A stretch of DNA of 64,000 nt, taken from contig NW_026782165.1 in the NCBI RefSeq assembly GCF_031769215.1, positions 186,001-250,000 of the forward strand, read 5' to 3'. This document shows positions 50,830-64,000 of this stretch, piece after piece (within the stretch, counting starts at the first letter, position 1; every line of letters begins with the position of its first letter). The notes beneath the pieces are model-generated. The model was given only the letters and a program-made list of their open reading frames with translations. It was not told the DNA's origin and did not search any database. Both the position numbers and the translations under genes were made by a program. This stretch comes from Ylistrum balloti (Eukaryota).

Positions 50830-53800
50830 TAATCCTTGTGTACAACCACTCGATAAATCATAATGAAATATTGCTACAACCACCGCAATTGATATATTTC
50901 TACTTCCATTCGTCACTCGATATCTTATTTATATCAGACAGTTTGCCACATAAGATACGATCTGTAAACAGCAGGGGACTATATTTTGACCTGACAAGTT
51001 CAGGTAAAGTAAACGCTGTTCAACATTTGCTCAATAATGCTGAAGTGTATGTTATCTGGAAATGTGCTAGATAAAATGGTGGATTAACCGTGGAAAGTGC
51101 AATTCATGTCAATATTAATATCAGAAGTTACCTCATCAAGCATTCACTCACCACTGATTTGATTGTTGAGTAAATATGAAGGATAACTTGTTCATATGTA
51201 GGTTAGATAAACAACGATCAGGAGAAACATTTCTTATTGTTTTACAAATTGATACACCTCTTTTAATCTTTAATAAATCCGTCACAAAGGCTTAAGTAGT
51301 AATTTACATTGTTGTAATTTAGCCATTATGACAAAAGATAATAAACAATTGATTCGATCAAACAGCTTATACTTTTTCAGAAAGTTTGTTTTAATAAAAA
51401 TAATTAACTTTGATAATCATGTTGTTTCAATGAGATTTCCCTTATTAAAGAAATAGAAATAATGCCGGGTATGATTTATACATACAAACAATGTACATCG
51501 CAGATTCTTACAAAATGATAACAAAATGTCGACACAGAAGCAAATTTGTCTAGATCCACGTATACATAGATTTACAATCAAACTAGTCATTCTGATTGAT
51601 ACAAGTCGCAAATACAATACATGACTACAAGATAATACCAGGTAACGGGTTACCATGTGTAAAGAACAGAGGTTTCATGATAAAACGTTTTTAGTACTCA
51701 TAGGTAGATTGTATAGACAATAGTTTTACCCAGTCAGTTCGGTATCTAGGAAGGCCCCCCAAAAGTGATGATAAAAGAGTAACTTTGATGAGAATCAACA
51801 GATAAATGTTGTTTACGTGACTCTATCGAAAAGGTTTGAATTTTAGACCGGAATCTACTGAAGGTCAGCGTAACGTGTATGCAGCGAACAATTTTCATCC
51901 GATATTTCGTAAATATTTACCTTGCATTTTACTGTGTGAAGCAATGCGAGTCTGATGGTGTACATTTCATGAGTGGATAATTTGATGTAAATGTTCTGTA
52001 ATGTGAGATCTGTTTGTATAGATTTCATTTTTCTCGTCTTCATGTAGTAGAGTACTGATGGTCCGAGTTACACACATAAGCATTGGTGTGACATTGACTG
52101 AATTTTTGTTCATACGTCCTACAATACCGATATCTAATATATTATAATTCATAACATAACTGTGCCTTGGTACACGTGTCCTGGTATACAATGTCTGTAT
52201 GTTATGTGTACATGGTTTGCGACACCGGTATGGAAGTATTTTAATTCCTCCACGATTATATATATGTAAGTATATGAAGGTGCTGGTTTTACATTGTTAC
52301 GTAATATTACATATATAAGAAAACGTTTTGCTCTGCTGACTATGAAAGAAAAATGGAATATCATTTTTTTTGTGAAAGTTTAAAAGTGTTCGGGTATCAT
52401 TAAAAGCGTTCTGTGGTAACAATATATGATACAATGCGTCTCGAAGTCATTTTTGTCATAAATAACATAAAATCTTCAAGCAAAACGCACAAGTGCTGTT
52501 AGTCTAAATTGAATTATGAAATTTCCAAGGAAATTGCGTAGTTCAATGCCGGACATAAATGAGATTAAAACTGATACCGTTATCACGGAAATAGTATTAG
52601 ATATGAACAGGTAAACCCCCACATAGACGACCTTCGGGGATACACCAAGATTTCACTGCTTTGTCACTATCTGCTGTATTTGTCCCCCATTGATTATAAA
52701 CGGAAATAAAATCCAATGGAGATTCTTGTTAGATGACTCTGACCTATTTTTCGGGTACTTTTGAATTTTGTTGTTATAGGGCTGTCGATTAGTTTCACAA
52801 ATTTAACCAAATTCGTGAATTATTTACATTTTTCTAATGCATTGCTAGTTATACAGAATACATATATAATGTAAATTATAGACGTTTATCATAAACAGAT
52901 ACAATACCAAAAAAAAAAGAGATGTTTAATTTTTATCTTATTCTCATTTTACTCAAGTCATAAAAAATCAAAATTTTTTTCCCTTTTTAATGCAAATAAT
53001 AGATAACTTAAGTCATAATTATTTCTATTAGTATATACATGTTTATGCAATTTTAATAAAGACTATTTTGATTTAAACATATTTTATTGTATCAGTTATA
53101 TACAAGGGATTGGGCACAAGTTATCCAACTTATTAAGCCCTTTCCCAACAACATATTTACAAAATATACATATTCAAGGTGGCTTTTTAAAATATATTAT
53201 AGAAAATGAGTTCTGCTGAGATGAAAGGAGAGAGTAGAAAGAGAGCGAGATGGAAAGACAGAAGGTGAGGAGGGGAGGAGAGAGAGGTGGATCAAAATCT
53301 ATTTGTATTGATAATAAATTGCTGTGTGTGAAGACATATTTTACTGTTTTCATCTAAAGGCTATCATCGAAACAGTCTTTAAAATATCTTTTTCACAATA
53401 TAAGAGAATATGTAACAAATTTCACAAATGCTTGTTCGAAGACCTTTTATCTCAGTAAGTAATTATAACTTCTTTCGAGCGTCAGGAAATTTGCACAAAA
53501 AAAAAATATTTTCCCTCGAAATCCTATTTACCAATTGTCTAATGTGAGCGATTGAAATATTTCAACGACAAAAAGTATTCATAAATGAGTCCAAATATGT
53601 AAATATGTATCATTTTTAAGGCAATTGGTTTGTTTTCACTTTATTTGTGTAACGTGATGCTACTTAAACAGAATACATTTTGATAGCAAAATTGAACTGT
53701 CTTCTTATTTAATGGAAATTGAAGTTATTACGTTTCGATTTCAATTCATAAATTGTGACCTGTTGTTTCACTTCATGATGGTTCGGGTATGTTGTTTAAC

Positions 53801-54768
53801 TTAATGGCGAAAGGTAAGGATTACGTGTAGGACATTCCTTAATGTGTGGAAGCATAAACAATGCATCACATACAAGCAGTAAAATTCATGTGAAAATATT
53901 AAAGCTGACAATTAATGGGTTCGAAAAAGTTTAATTAACTTAAGGATTTGTATATATGAAACACAAATGTATAAAACAATTGCACACATTTGCATTGTAT
54001 AAGTCATCATGTTTAACAGAGGTCCAGAGGTATGAAGTTATTATGATAGTTAAAGCATGACTGACATTTCCGTGTTTGTGTTGTATCGTAGCTTGCGCAT
54101 ATCGCGGAACAATATATTCCGACAACATGGCGCGGGACCTTCGGTCAGCACTCTAAAACCGAAGGATGCTGGAACACAGAATCCACGACAATACTCATTG
54201 TCTAACACAGCCGTCGCAGTAAATGGTGAAATAAATTCACAGAAATCTAAGACTATAAAACATTTGAACAGAAATGCAATCAAGTCAGCAGTCTTCTATA
54301 CTCAATGGTTCTTCATACATTTATATACAATATACACTATATACATATCAACACGGGGAGGTTGGATACCGCCCAGATACTATCGAAACAATCAGAAATG
54401 ACTGTTATTTTCACGACTGATTCATCCATTCTACAAAAGTCGTTAGGAAAGCTTTGTTCTTAAGTGACATCTTTGTAATAACTGACGTGATCATCTTTGC
54501 ATCAATTCAGCTGGTAATTCATTAAAGCTTGGTGCATCAAATATATCAAGAATTAGAAAATATATATAGTACATCATCAGTTAACACTGACAAAGCTCGT
54601 TTTATATTAATCCGTACAGTGTTGCTAGTATTATCGGCGTTGTGCCCCGTCAGCATCTGTAGGGTGTTGTTTCTATCCATTGAGCAGATTCATTGTTTCT
54701 ACATAGAATTTCTTTGGTAGCCCTTTAACATATATTGTGTATAACGTCATCTCCACCTGGAAAGGTTT

Positions 54769-54904
54769 TCACGAATAATACGTCAGCACACTTTGTTGGT
54801 TTCCGCGGAGTAACAACATTGGTGGCATGTCACGTGTTAGTGTTTCTAACCAACCCATGTAAAGTCCCGCAGGACAGTAAGTTTTCCTAGGCACCGGTAA
54901 CGTC
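54769..54904 (-). CDS. SLC12A last exon (TLPVPRK...[13 protein letters not shown])
   Basis: ttttcag acceptor; canonical SLC12 C-terminus; TGA at 54771-54769. Confidence 0.95.
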
Positions 54905-57900
54905 CTGAAAATCGATAAAAATATCTTAACTATTAATTTGTAACCTACCAATGATATATAATGATAAGACTATGTTCCTATACGTAGGGTAAACATGATT
55001 TAATAATAATGAAACGAGTATTCTGTATGAAGGAAAAATATTTACAAATGATATATACTTTCGGTGAAATGATTTGTTAAGAAGGTGTTAAAAAACCTTT
55101 TGTATACCGATATTGAAAAATTATGACCAAAAACAACGAGGGGGATACGTACATGACAATCAGTGATGCCTCTGTTGAATGAATGAGTAGCTGTTCTCTC
55201 AAGCGGATGTTCCGGTATATCTGTAAATAGTGACAGCAAAATGAATTCATGAGAATGAATAGGAATATATGGTTTTTGACTATATGTATTGTAACACACA
55301 CATCTAAAGCAAAGATTACTTCTTTGTAGTATTTCTGGTAGAAATTAAATTTGTTGAGTTTGGGTGACGTTCCCAACAACCTGTCGCATGGCCATTGGAA
55401 TGACCTGTGACTCTCTCTTATATTGCCTTATTTTAGGTTTTATTAAAGAGCGTATATAAAAATGTAATAAGGATCTATCAAAGTCATTCAATTACTGATT
55501 ATGACGTAAAATGACCAAAAATTACATCGTACAGATCCGAATATTAATGATTGACTTTACTCAAAATCAGCCATTGCAGCATAGACAAAGCGTTTATACG
55601 CCAGATTCGATTTAAATTTTCATGCTTAATGTCGTCAATGAACTAGAAGACGCTAACCTCTCTTTGTCACCTGGTCTAATACTAATAATTTTTCTTTTCC
55701 TGCCACTTAAGAGATCGAAATGATTTGTTTTAACAGTAAGATAGAAAGAGGAGGAAGCGATTTCAATGTTTCCAGGAGTTTTCAAGTGGACAAAAAAAAT
55801 AATTTTTCGATATACACTATTTGTTAAAATGTTGTAATTGATATCGTTTATTTAATTTTCATTTCATGAAAAATATACCTTGGCTTTGTTGGAAATAAGA
55901 TCACTGTCACTGATTTTCCAAGGGAATTCATCCGGATATTCTCCACCACGTAATCTCCATTGACGGATAACACTCTCAAATTCTTTATACCTGAAAGAAA
56001 ACACAACATAAGGTTCTCGTACGATTATGAAAAGACACACACAATATATATATATATATATATATATATCGAAGACGAGGGGTCGTGCTAGTATACAGAT
56101 ACACAGCAAAAGAGGGAACAGGTAAGAAGAAAGTAAACAGATACAGAACATCTAGGATCACGTAAGAAGAACACAGACACAAGACACGGGGGAACAGGTT
56201 AGGAGTAAGATAACAGATACAGAACATTTGGGATCATGTCAGGAGTAAGTATACAGATACAGCACATCTAGGATCACGTAAGAAGAACACAGACACAAAA
56301 CACGGGGGAACAGGTTGGGAGTAAGATTACCAGGCAAGATTACAGATACAGAACACCTGGGATCATGTCAGGAGTAAGTATACAGATACACAGAACACGT
56401 GGGACCAGGTAAGATTACAGATACAGAACACGTGGGACCAGGTAAGATTATAGATACAGAACACGTGACCCAGGTAAGATTATAGAAACAGAACACGTGG
56501 GACCAGGTAAGATTATAAATACAGAACACGTGGGACCAGGTAAGATTATAGATACAGAACACGTGACCCAGGTAAGATTATAGATACAGAACACGTGACC
56601 CAGGTAAGATTATAGATACAGAACACGTTGGACCAGGTAAGAAGTATACAGAAATAAAATACGGGTGACCGGGTAAGGACTAAGACTACAGAAGCTATAA
56701 ATCTAGACTTATATACCACCAGAAAGTAAATTTTCTTTACATTCCTTCTGTATCATTTACCGTGTAAATTATATACTTAAATAAAGTTTATTTGTTGTGT
56801 TTTATCGGAGAACTACGAGGTACAAAACCTTTAACGTATATTATACTTATATACAAGTAGCTGTCGCTGCCCGTGCACATTACTTACCACTCGATGAGAT
56901 GTACATTCAAAACACAATATTAATTAATGATGGATCCATTTCTATTAAGGTCTTAATCAAAATGAAATTGACATTAATTATCTCTGATAACTACTTTTAT
57001 GACTTTGGTTACTATTTATTAATACCTGCACATGGCGTCCGCTTCATTTCCGATCCGTAATATAAATCAACCATTTTTACCATTACGCTCAACATTTGTT
57101 ACCTTTTCGCACTGTTGTGCTTTAGACATAGTATATAATGCGTGTGAGCGTGTAAATGGACGATAACGCACGATATGCGAAATTTCTAACTACATTGTAT
57201 TTGTGTGATCAAAACGCTAGCGCTGTTGAAAGTCTGCCTAATTACCATTTTGGCACTAAAGTGTTATAAACAAAACCATAAAGCACAAACACAAATATAT
57301 AGAAACATACATGTTGAGAGACGGCTTCTTCCACAAATCTGGAATGACTGTCAGTTGGGAATACTCTATCCGGAACTTTGCAAGGAGAGAAGCCATTCTG
57401 AAAATGATATCACAGAATACTATATTATACATTACACTCTATTCCTGGAGAAACTTCTTCATGACTTACTCTTGTGTCAATTCAAGATATGTTTTTTAAA
57501 CGTAATTATTTTAATTTAATTTTGTAACCGTTTAACAAGTTGCTGAACCATGCAGACATCATATGTATATAGTAGAAAATATTGAAAGTAAGCCCTTGAA
57601 TGTTATCATTTTATTCATATTAATTATTAGTATACACAACTGCTGTAATTAGATACAGAACGTAGTACTATTATTGATTCAAAGCAATTATAGTTCTGCC
57701 TTACTGTACCTCATTTGGTCCTCGTTTGGATTGGAACGTTTACTTCCAGCACAAAACACTCTCAGCTTGCAGTCTTTCCATTTTCTCCGTGTAGAAAGAA
57801 TGTATGGTATCAATAATGTTAAACCTAAAAGATAGATATAGACACCTGTTAAAGGTCTTATATATTGAAAATCGGAATACGCCAGCCATATATATGTTTG

Positions 57901-60900
57901 CTGTATTCGGCAGTGACGGAAAACAGCTTTATTTTGTTATGGGCGGTAATTCGACAGAAATGCTCTATGAATTTACTTAAATATTACGTTTAGAAACATG
58001 AATTGTTGATCAAATAAGCGATTTTGGAAAATTACAACAAACACAACAAAGTTGACCATGAAAAAGTCCTCAAGTTCTGAGTGGACGTTTAAGTATAGAA
58101 AAGGTCCTACATTCACTATACAAGCATGCAGGAGAGAAAGTGTTATTGATACATAAATGGATTAAAAGTATCGAATTGTTTATCTAACTCCTCTATCCTT
58201 CGATATCCTATATATCTTATCCTCGCTCTCACCGATGTACATCATTTATCGATATTGATATATGTTCTCAATGATTCTTGTAATCATTATTCGATCCTCC
58301 TGTTTTTGAATGTCAAAAACTTATAACTTGGTATTATCGTCTTCGCATTAAGTAGGACTAATCCAAAGTGGACCCTTTGTCAAACTCTTTCGAAGATGTT
58401 AAAGCAACGCATTATAGTAGTAGTAAAAATATATTAACAAAGTAGGATATGAAAAAAAGTAGATCGGTTCTTCCTGTGATCATTAACGTTCGATTTTAGA
58501 ATAAAATCTAGAACTTTTACTAACCTCCATCATCATACAACCACCATACATCTATAGTGCCGTACTGCTTCTCTCGGAATCGGCCTGCATTAGAGTCACT
58601 TGATAAGGTAGATAACAGGGTGGTATGGGTAGGCCTTGTCCCATCCTCCTCCTCCTCGTCGTCCCCTAATTGTGTCTCTTGGTCCCTTTCATACGCCTTA
58701 TTATCTTCTGCGCCCTCATCAACAGTGTTAAGTCTCTGAAGTACTACGTGGTTTGTTGGCGGCGTCACCTTGGCCTTGCTATTTGAAAACTTGTAAGAAC
58801 TCTCATTTTTGTTATTTTCCCCGGGAATGTCACTGTTATCTGATGATAGGGTAGGCGATTTCTGCGAATCAGCTTCATATTGAATATCTGCAATAGGAAC
58901 CGATAGATTGCATTTGACCTTCTAATCGTTCACTTAAAATCGAAAGGACCACTGAACAATTTGAAGAAATGCCACATCATGCAAAAAGAAAGTGATACTT
59001 TTCTCTGTGAAAGAGTTGTGTAGTACAATATGGATATGGCCAGAGAACGAAATTAGATTAATAATGTTGGGTGTGATGTCACATTAATGTCTTCTTATAT
59101 TTTATCAAACCTTCTGGAATATCTTTGTATATGTATAAACTATCAGAAATAACATTTGTATGAATTGACGTAATTGCATTTTTTTAATTTCCGATTTCAT
59201 TTTCTCTTATGCAAAAAATATAGAAATAATGACATGTTATCCGAGTAAACTACCATTACACAACAGGTTTGTAGCATAATCCGAAATTTCAACGAAAACC
59301 CCAAGAAATTTAGTTAAATAAATTATCTGGATATCCGTTAGAATTATACGATACAAAAATATTGAACAATGAAGATAAAATGGATAATGCACTGTTGACG
59401 ATAAAGCTAAAAATAAGTGTCCACATTTGCTATGATATACGGATATACTTTCTTCCAAATCCACAATATACCATCCTCCTCTCTGAGTTCAGTAAGAGTT
59501 ATCTTTCTTTACTTCATAGTAACAAAGCATACTTCAACAGTTTAAGGTATGAGCATTAGGTATAAATATGTTTACAGTTCGGTAGGAAACATTTGACACG
59601 AGGATAAACTGCATGCACTTTTCTCGAACCATTTAGTGATGTGAAGGCCAAAACCTAGAATTCACTTGAAAGAACATGTCTATGGGTTCTTTTATTTGAT
59701 AATTAAAAACAACGGTGTTGTTTAACTTCAGGTTGGTAGCTTTGTTTGAATGTACGTTCTTATATAACAACCGGTTAGAAAATCATACGTGATGTCTCGA
59801 TGAAAGCCACCGATCCTTCATCTGATAAAGGACAGTATGAAGCGTATATGCAAAGGACCACCTAACGCACGTATGATATATCACCAGTCATGCTGTAATC
59901 ATCTCACATTACTTTCCACCTTTGTGTATATAAGCGTTTACTACAACCGAAATGTCTTGTAAATTAATTACCATCTCGTACACGGTGTACCTCAGTATTA
60001 ATACGCTACACACGTGTAATTTCTCTGATAAAGGTGAAAGTCATGTTGAAACTTTGCATAAACAAAATGGTTGCTGATACAGCAACATTTTTTTTTTAAA
60101 TTATTTATTTATCTACTTATTTTATATTTCACGTTTGTAGTCAATACCTTGTTCAGTTTCGTGTTCGTGGTCAGATTCGATGTCGTCATCTAATCCAACA
60201 CACTCGTCCGGAACCCTGTTCATGTCTAGTCCTTCCGGCACACGTAGGATCCCCACGCCATAATTCAGATCAAAAGCATCCCTAAAGGTAGCAATTCCCC
60301 ATATTGATTATATATGTATATGTTATACATGTACTGTACAACTGATATGTCTCGGTCTCTCTAGTTTTTCTGAGATATGATATTTAAACAGATTGTGACC
60401 ATATTGAAAACAAGAATGCCTACATCTCCAACAGATATACCGAGCAATGATGCTATCATCCTTACCTCATAGAATTAACCAACTGTTACTTTTATTTACA
60501 ATCGAAAAATGGGTTTTGTTTGATTTCCTATAAAAGGTCAGTATTAAAATTGAGTTCTCACTGAATGATGTTGTAGTAGTCGTCAACTTCGTATCCATCC
60601 GCCTTCTGCCAGTCAGATTTATATCCCATGATGATAGTGTTGGGCCGAAGTTTACCTATTCCTACAGCCTGTCAAAATCAAAAGCACAGAATTAATTACG
60701 AAATGTCCTAAATATCTATTTCATATCTAGGAAATAATATGTTTGAAATATTAAACGTTATCAATTCTGAATTATTATTTGATCTGTTGACGTCGTGGCG
60801 TCCAGTATTTCTTTAACACTTCAATGTGAATAAATCCTACCTGCATTAGCACCTGTGCTCCTATCCTTAGTGTAGGCGTTACCACACTATTGTAGAAAGC

Positions 60901-63900
60901 TTTAATGCCTCGTCCCTCAAACCACTTGTAGGCCCCATTGGACCTTAGATTCTTCACGTGATCTGACATCTCTCCCTGCAAAGACCAAAATAAGATTGAG
61001 TAAGGTATAGCTACAATCCAATCTACAGTGACAGATTTTTAAAACATCGCCCAAGTTTCTTGTAAAAATCATTCATACATTTTGTTTGATGGAAGGAACA
61101 ATTCAATACTATGAAAACAATAAACACAAATTCGAGTCACTGACAGATGTCCGAAAAAATTAGACGGTTACAAAAAGGTATATACATTTATGTAGTTTTA
61201 CATACTCTAAATATGTGACCGCACATAAGGAGACTCTGACGCTTGGTTAGACAGGCTACAAAGTCAATCAACTGAGGTCGGTTACGAGGATACCCCGACA
61301 GTACTAAAACTTGAGGTCTGTAATGAAAAACAAATGTAATCGAAAACAATGACTCATTAAAATAAATATCTTTTATCAATTTGGCATGTCAACTTTGCCA
61401 CGAAACACTGCTCTATATGACATCATTCAAGAAATAAACTAATAAAGAAACTTTTGCTAAAAATAATATGTTTATTCAAATGTATCGTGATGTTTTCATT
61501 TGTTGATTTTTTATTCATTATTATCATAATTATCAACAAAATGCTCATTTGAATACTTTTTCAAGAGAAAATTGAGTTCCTTCAAACCGTTGTATCTGTT
61601 AACGATTTTTAATATTAAAGTGATGTTTTATTTGACTAATATCGAGGTCGATAAACTCCACACGATCGTACGTTAACGCAATATGTATTAAACTTACAAA
61701 TATTTTATTTCCTGAACTTTGAAATAAAAATAATTGAAAATAACTTTAAATTTTAGGCGCTACATTTCTCTAGGTCTCTGCATCCCCTACGTATGGTGTT
61801 ACCTGTCGCATTTGATTCGATTTTGTACACAAGTCTTGTATACAATATCACGATTTCCGTGAAAGAAGTCGGCAATTGGCGGACAAAATACAACACATGG
61901 TTTCGAGAAATGCAGTTTGATTAAGATTATAGGGAAGTTTACGGTCATTATTATAATCATACTGGGGAATCGTATTTTCTGATGTGATATTGAAGAAGGG
62001 CGTACTTGATGTTTTCCAGTATATCTAGTTATTCTGTTTGTGTTTACCTTGTTCTTACATTAGACTAAAATGTTATCAGCGGTTGTTCTCGATAAAGCAG
62101 AAGACGCTAACTATTCAGGAACAACGGGTTTTATTATCCACATACTTTTTCAAGGGTTCGAATTTGAATTAAGATTCAATTGACATGTCGGTTTTCTTCT
62201 TTTTATAACTAAACTTACCTGAAGTTTTTAACATGTTCGTCAATTTTGATGAGTTTCATACTGGATTTTAGTGCTTCTCTGTAAACGTGAGCTTGTGTGG
62301 AGGATCCCCAGTTAACGTCTGGAAGAAATCATAATAATAACAGGATAATAAGTGTGACGGTAAAATAATTTGATAAGCAAAACAGATTATATTTTTTACA
62401 AAGGTGACAAGTAATTCAAAATAAAAAGTAACTGATCGTTAATTTGACAATTAAATCTAGACAAACGCATTGATGTAACATCCTCAAAGTGTGTCCCGGG
62501 ATTTTGACAATGAAACAAAATGTTATACCAAATGGCATAGTAAATCTATTTGAATTTCCTAAAAGGATATAGAATCATTTAACATTGATCAGCTTATTGT
62601 GATAAAACAATTTATTCATGTATACTATGTACGTCATCAAACATATAAACATATACTGTTAGTTCATCGGTAAGAAAGAAGGGGGATCAATAATTGTACT
62701 TATTTAAAACCTTATCGTAAAACGATGGAATAGTGAATGTTAAAAGCTTCTAACGGACCCTTACATTTCGCAAGTAAATCGGTCATAAAAAGTAAGCCAA
62801 AAATATATATTTATTGCAAGGGATGTCATTTTTGAAAATAAGACATTTGGTTACTTAAACAAAAAAATAAAGAAGAAAAACTTCATTTGACATAGCAAGT
62901 CCTGATAAAGTAAACATGTTGATATGGCGGATGTCTCCTACCTGGTTTGGTGACCTTGACGTACATGTACAGAGCACACACAAAAACAAATGTTATCAGA
63001 GCTGACCACCAGTTGATGAGGAACATCACGGCTAGACAGATCAGCGCTCCTAGTAGACTTGTCCACTTATTATAGAACCTAAATGCGGGTCGAAATCCTG
63101 AAAAACAGATATTTACAGATGTTTACCATCAAGATGTAATGATCATTTTTGAACTAGCTTTAATCTAACATATATCCTGTTTAAAACATCAGAAAATGGA
63201 AACCACACAGCGACAACATCATTTGAGATGAAAAATTATCTAATTACATTATGTAGCGTGTTTTGTGATTAGGTATTAACTTTTCATTTCACGTAAGCAC
63301 CACGTCATTACCTGGTGAGCCAGCGATGGAGGCATCAAAACAAGAATAGTTGATTAAAGCATAGGCCATCAGGAAGAAGTTGGATATGATGGGCGCAATA
63401 AGATCCAGAGCACCTGCAACAAGACCGGTGAAATGTCCAATTGAAAGTAAACAAAAATGAACCCTATTCCCTTTAATATAACCAACATATGCGGGGTTTA
63501 CATCAATGTATATAAGATATTGTTGTTATCGATAGTTTTGTATCTTAATATTTAAGCTCAAAAAAGTTAGGTTCTTATATCAAATACCCCTCCCTCTTAT
63601 TATATTAATTTTACCCCATGCATATTTAATTATGATTTAATGTAATTTCATCACTGACCTATGATTTTAAGAAGTGAGTTTTTTGTTCTTAGCAATTGAA
63701 TCGTAAAGAGTTTCACCTGTGATTATCTCAGGTCGCAAACAAGGATTTATTTTTTTATTTTTAATTCTGAAACTGAGCGTTTTTCCACTCACCTATGCAG
63801 GTCATTGCCACACAAATAAAAAAGGCAAGTAGATAGCCCCTTCTTGGCTCACCACTCTGGCCGTACCCTTTGGCAAAGAATTCAATGTAGGGAAACAACT

Positions 63901-63916
63901 TGTCTTTTCCGAGGGC
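54769..63916 (-). CDS. SLC12A2-like: SLC12A cation-chloride cotransporter of the NKCC/NCC clade; 3' 14 exons, with the 5' part beyond the window end
   Basis: complement join(63793-63916,63312-63413,62942-63097,62219-62318,61206-61317,60841-60975,60562-60668,60148-60281,58525-58887,57710-57824,57311-57397,55879-55990,55153-55220,54769-54904); all phases are compatible. Motifs: [97 protein letters not shown]. Confidence 0.95.
55153..55220 (-). CDS. SLC12A exon ([22 protein letters not shown])
   Basis: tttacag acceptor; AT|gtacgt donor. Confidence 0.92.
55879..55990 (-). CDS. SLC12A exon ([13 protein letters not shown]...[16 protein letters not shown])
   Basis: tttctttcag acceptor; AAG|gtatat donor. 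Confidence 0.92.
56044..56069 (+). repeat. (TA)n microsatellite; similar tracts at about 20021-20060 and 22070-22112
   Basis: Read directly. Confidence 0.9.
56096..56680 (+). repeat. 32/33-bp minisatellite (CAGAACACGTGGGACCAGGTAAGATTATAGATA) with an older, diverged ~116-bp higher-order part
   Basis: Eight homogeneous units at about 56391-56645; TCTAGGATCACG repeats at 56151 and 56267. Confidence 0.93.
57311..57397 (-). CDS. SLC12A exon ([28 protein letters not shown])
   Basis: cattttcag acceptor; AT|gtatgt donor; symmetric phase 2/2. Confidence 0.92.
57710..57824 (-). CDS. SLC12A exon ([26 protein letters not shown]...DQM)
   Basis: tcttttag acceptor; AG|gtacag donor. Confidence 0.92.
58525..58887 (-). 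CDS. SLC12A exon (variable acidic loop ...[18 protein letters not shown])
   Basis: cctattgcag acceptor; G|gttagt donor; 363 nt open. Confidence 0.88.
60148..60281 (-). CDS. SLC12A exon ([21 protein letters not shown]...EHETEQ)
   Basis: cctttag acceptor; G|gtattg donor. Confidence 0.9.
60562..60668 (-). CDS. SLC12A exon ([22 protein letters not shown]...YYNII)
   Basis: ttttgacag acceptor; CA|gtgaga donor. Confidence 0.93.
60841..60975 (-). CDS. SLC12A exon ([12 protein letters not shown]...[21 protein letters not shown])
   Basis: ctttgcag acceptor; CAG|gtagga donor. Confidence 0.93.
61206..61317 (-). CDS. SLC12A exon ([37 protein letters not shown])
   Basis: cattacag acceptor; AGA|gtatgt donor. 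Confidence 0.93.
61770..62170 (+). mobile_element. Penelope-like retroelement relic, same family as 28830-29250, antisense in an SLC12A intron
   Basis: Broken translation [46 protein letters not shown], then AAGCAGAAGACGCTAAC..GGAACAACGG; nucleotide similarity to the 28.8-kb copy is visible by eye. Confidence 0.7.
62219..62318 (-). CDS. SLC12A exon ([32 protein letters not shown])
   Basis: ttcttccag acceptor; AG|gtaagt donor. Confidence 0.93.
62942..63097 (-). CDS. SLC12A exon ([11 protein letters not shown]...YVKVTKP)
   Basis: ttttcag acceptor; G|gtagga donor; TM11-12. Confidence 0.93.
63312..63413 (-). CDS. SLC12A exon ([33 protein letters not shown])
   Basis: gttgcag acceptor; G|gtaatg donor; TM10 motif. 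Confidence 0.93.
63793..63916 (-). CDS. SLC12A exon ([41 protein letters not shown])
   Basis: cag acceptor; G|gtgagt donor. Confidence 0.92.
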
Positions 63917-64000
63917 CTGAGACATATGTAAAGATTCACGAATGAATGGCAAGGTACCCATGTTTTTCTGTTCGAAATACAATGCACAGCTTATAAATGA

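Noticed and set aside
54050-54401. Overlapping 114-aa and 77-aa ORFs downstream of the SLC12A stop
   Set aside because: No domain or splice support; probably 3' UTR or repeat sequence
56851-56885. Half of a Helitron-like 3' hairpin (GCACGGG..CTAC); similar at about 38430
   Set aside because: The hairpin is incomplete, the CTRR end is degenerate, and no 5' end was found

Overview
AT-rich (about one third GC by eye), intron-rich animal genomic DNA; the gene and repeat content looks molluscan, probably bivalve (inference). I assembled three spliced genes by hand from GT-AG boundaries, with continuous reading frames. (1) + strand, 8624-31794: a three-Ig-domain lachesin/IgLON/DIP-like adhesion protein with a GPI-type tail; 7 exons found, signal-peptide exon not found. 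(2) - strand, 48807-39505: a complete 6-exon, 301-aa aquaglyceroporin. (3) - strand, >63916-54769: the 3' 14 exons of an NKCC/NCC-clade SLC12A cotransporter. Non-coding DNA holds relics of Penelope-like retroelements, MITE-like elements, two minisatellites, microsatellites and a 132-nt assembly gap. Most notable observations: three dispersed copies of a ~120-bp element whose consensus rebuilds a minimal type I hammerhead ribozyme; a frame-preserving 54-nt candidate cassette exon inside Ig domain 2; an aquaglyceroporin with Gly at the first ar/R position, Ser replacing the loop-B His, and a duplicated frameshifting splice donor; and an intronic 33-bp array carrying repeated splice-donor/U1-like and E-box motifs. 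All work was by eye with no database searches, and family assignments rest on recalled motifs.
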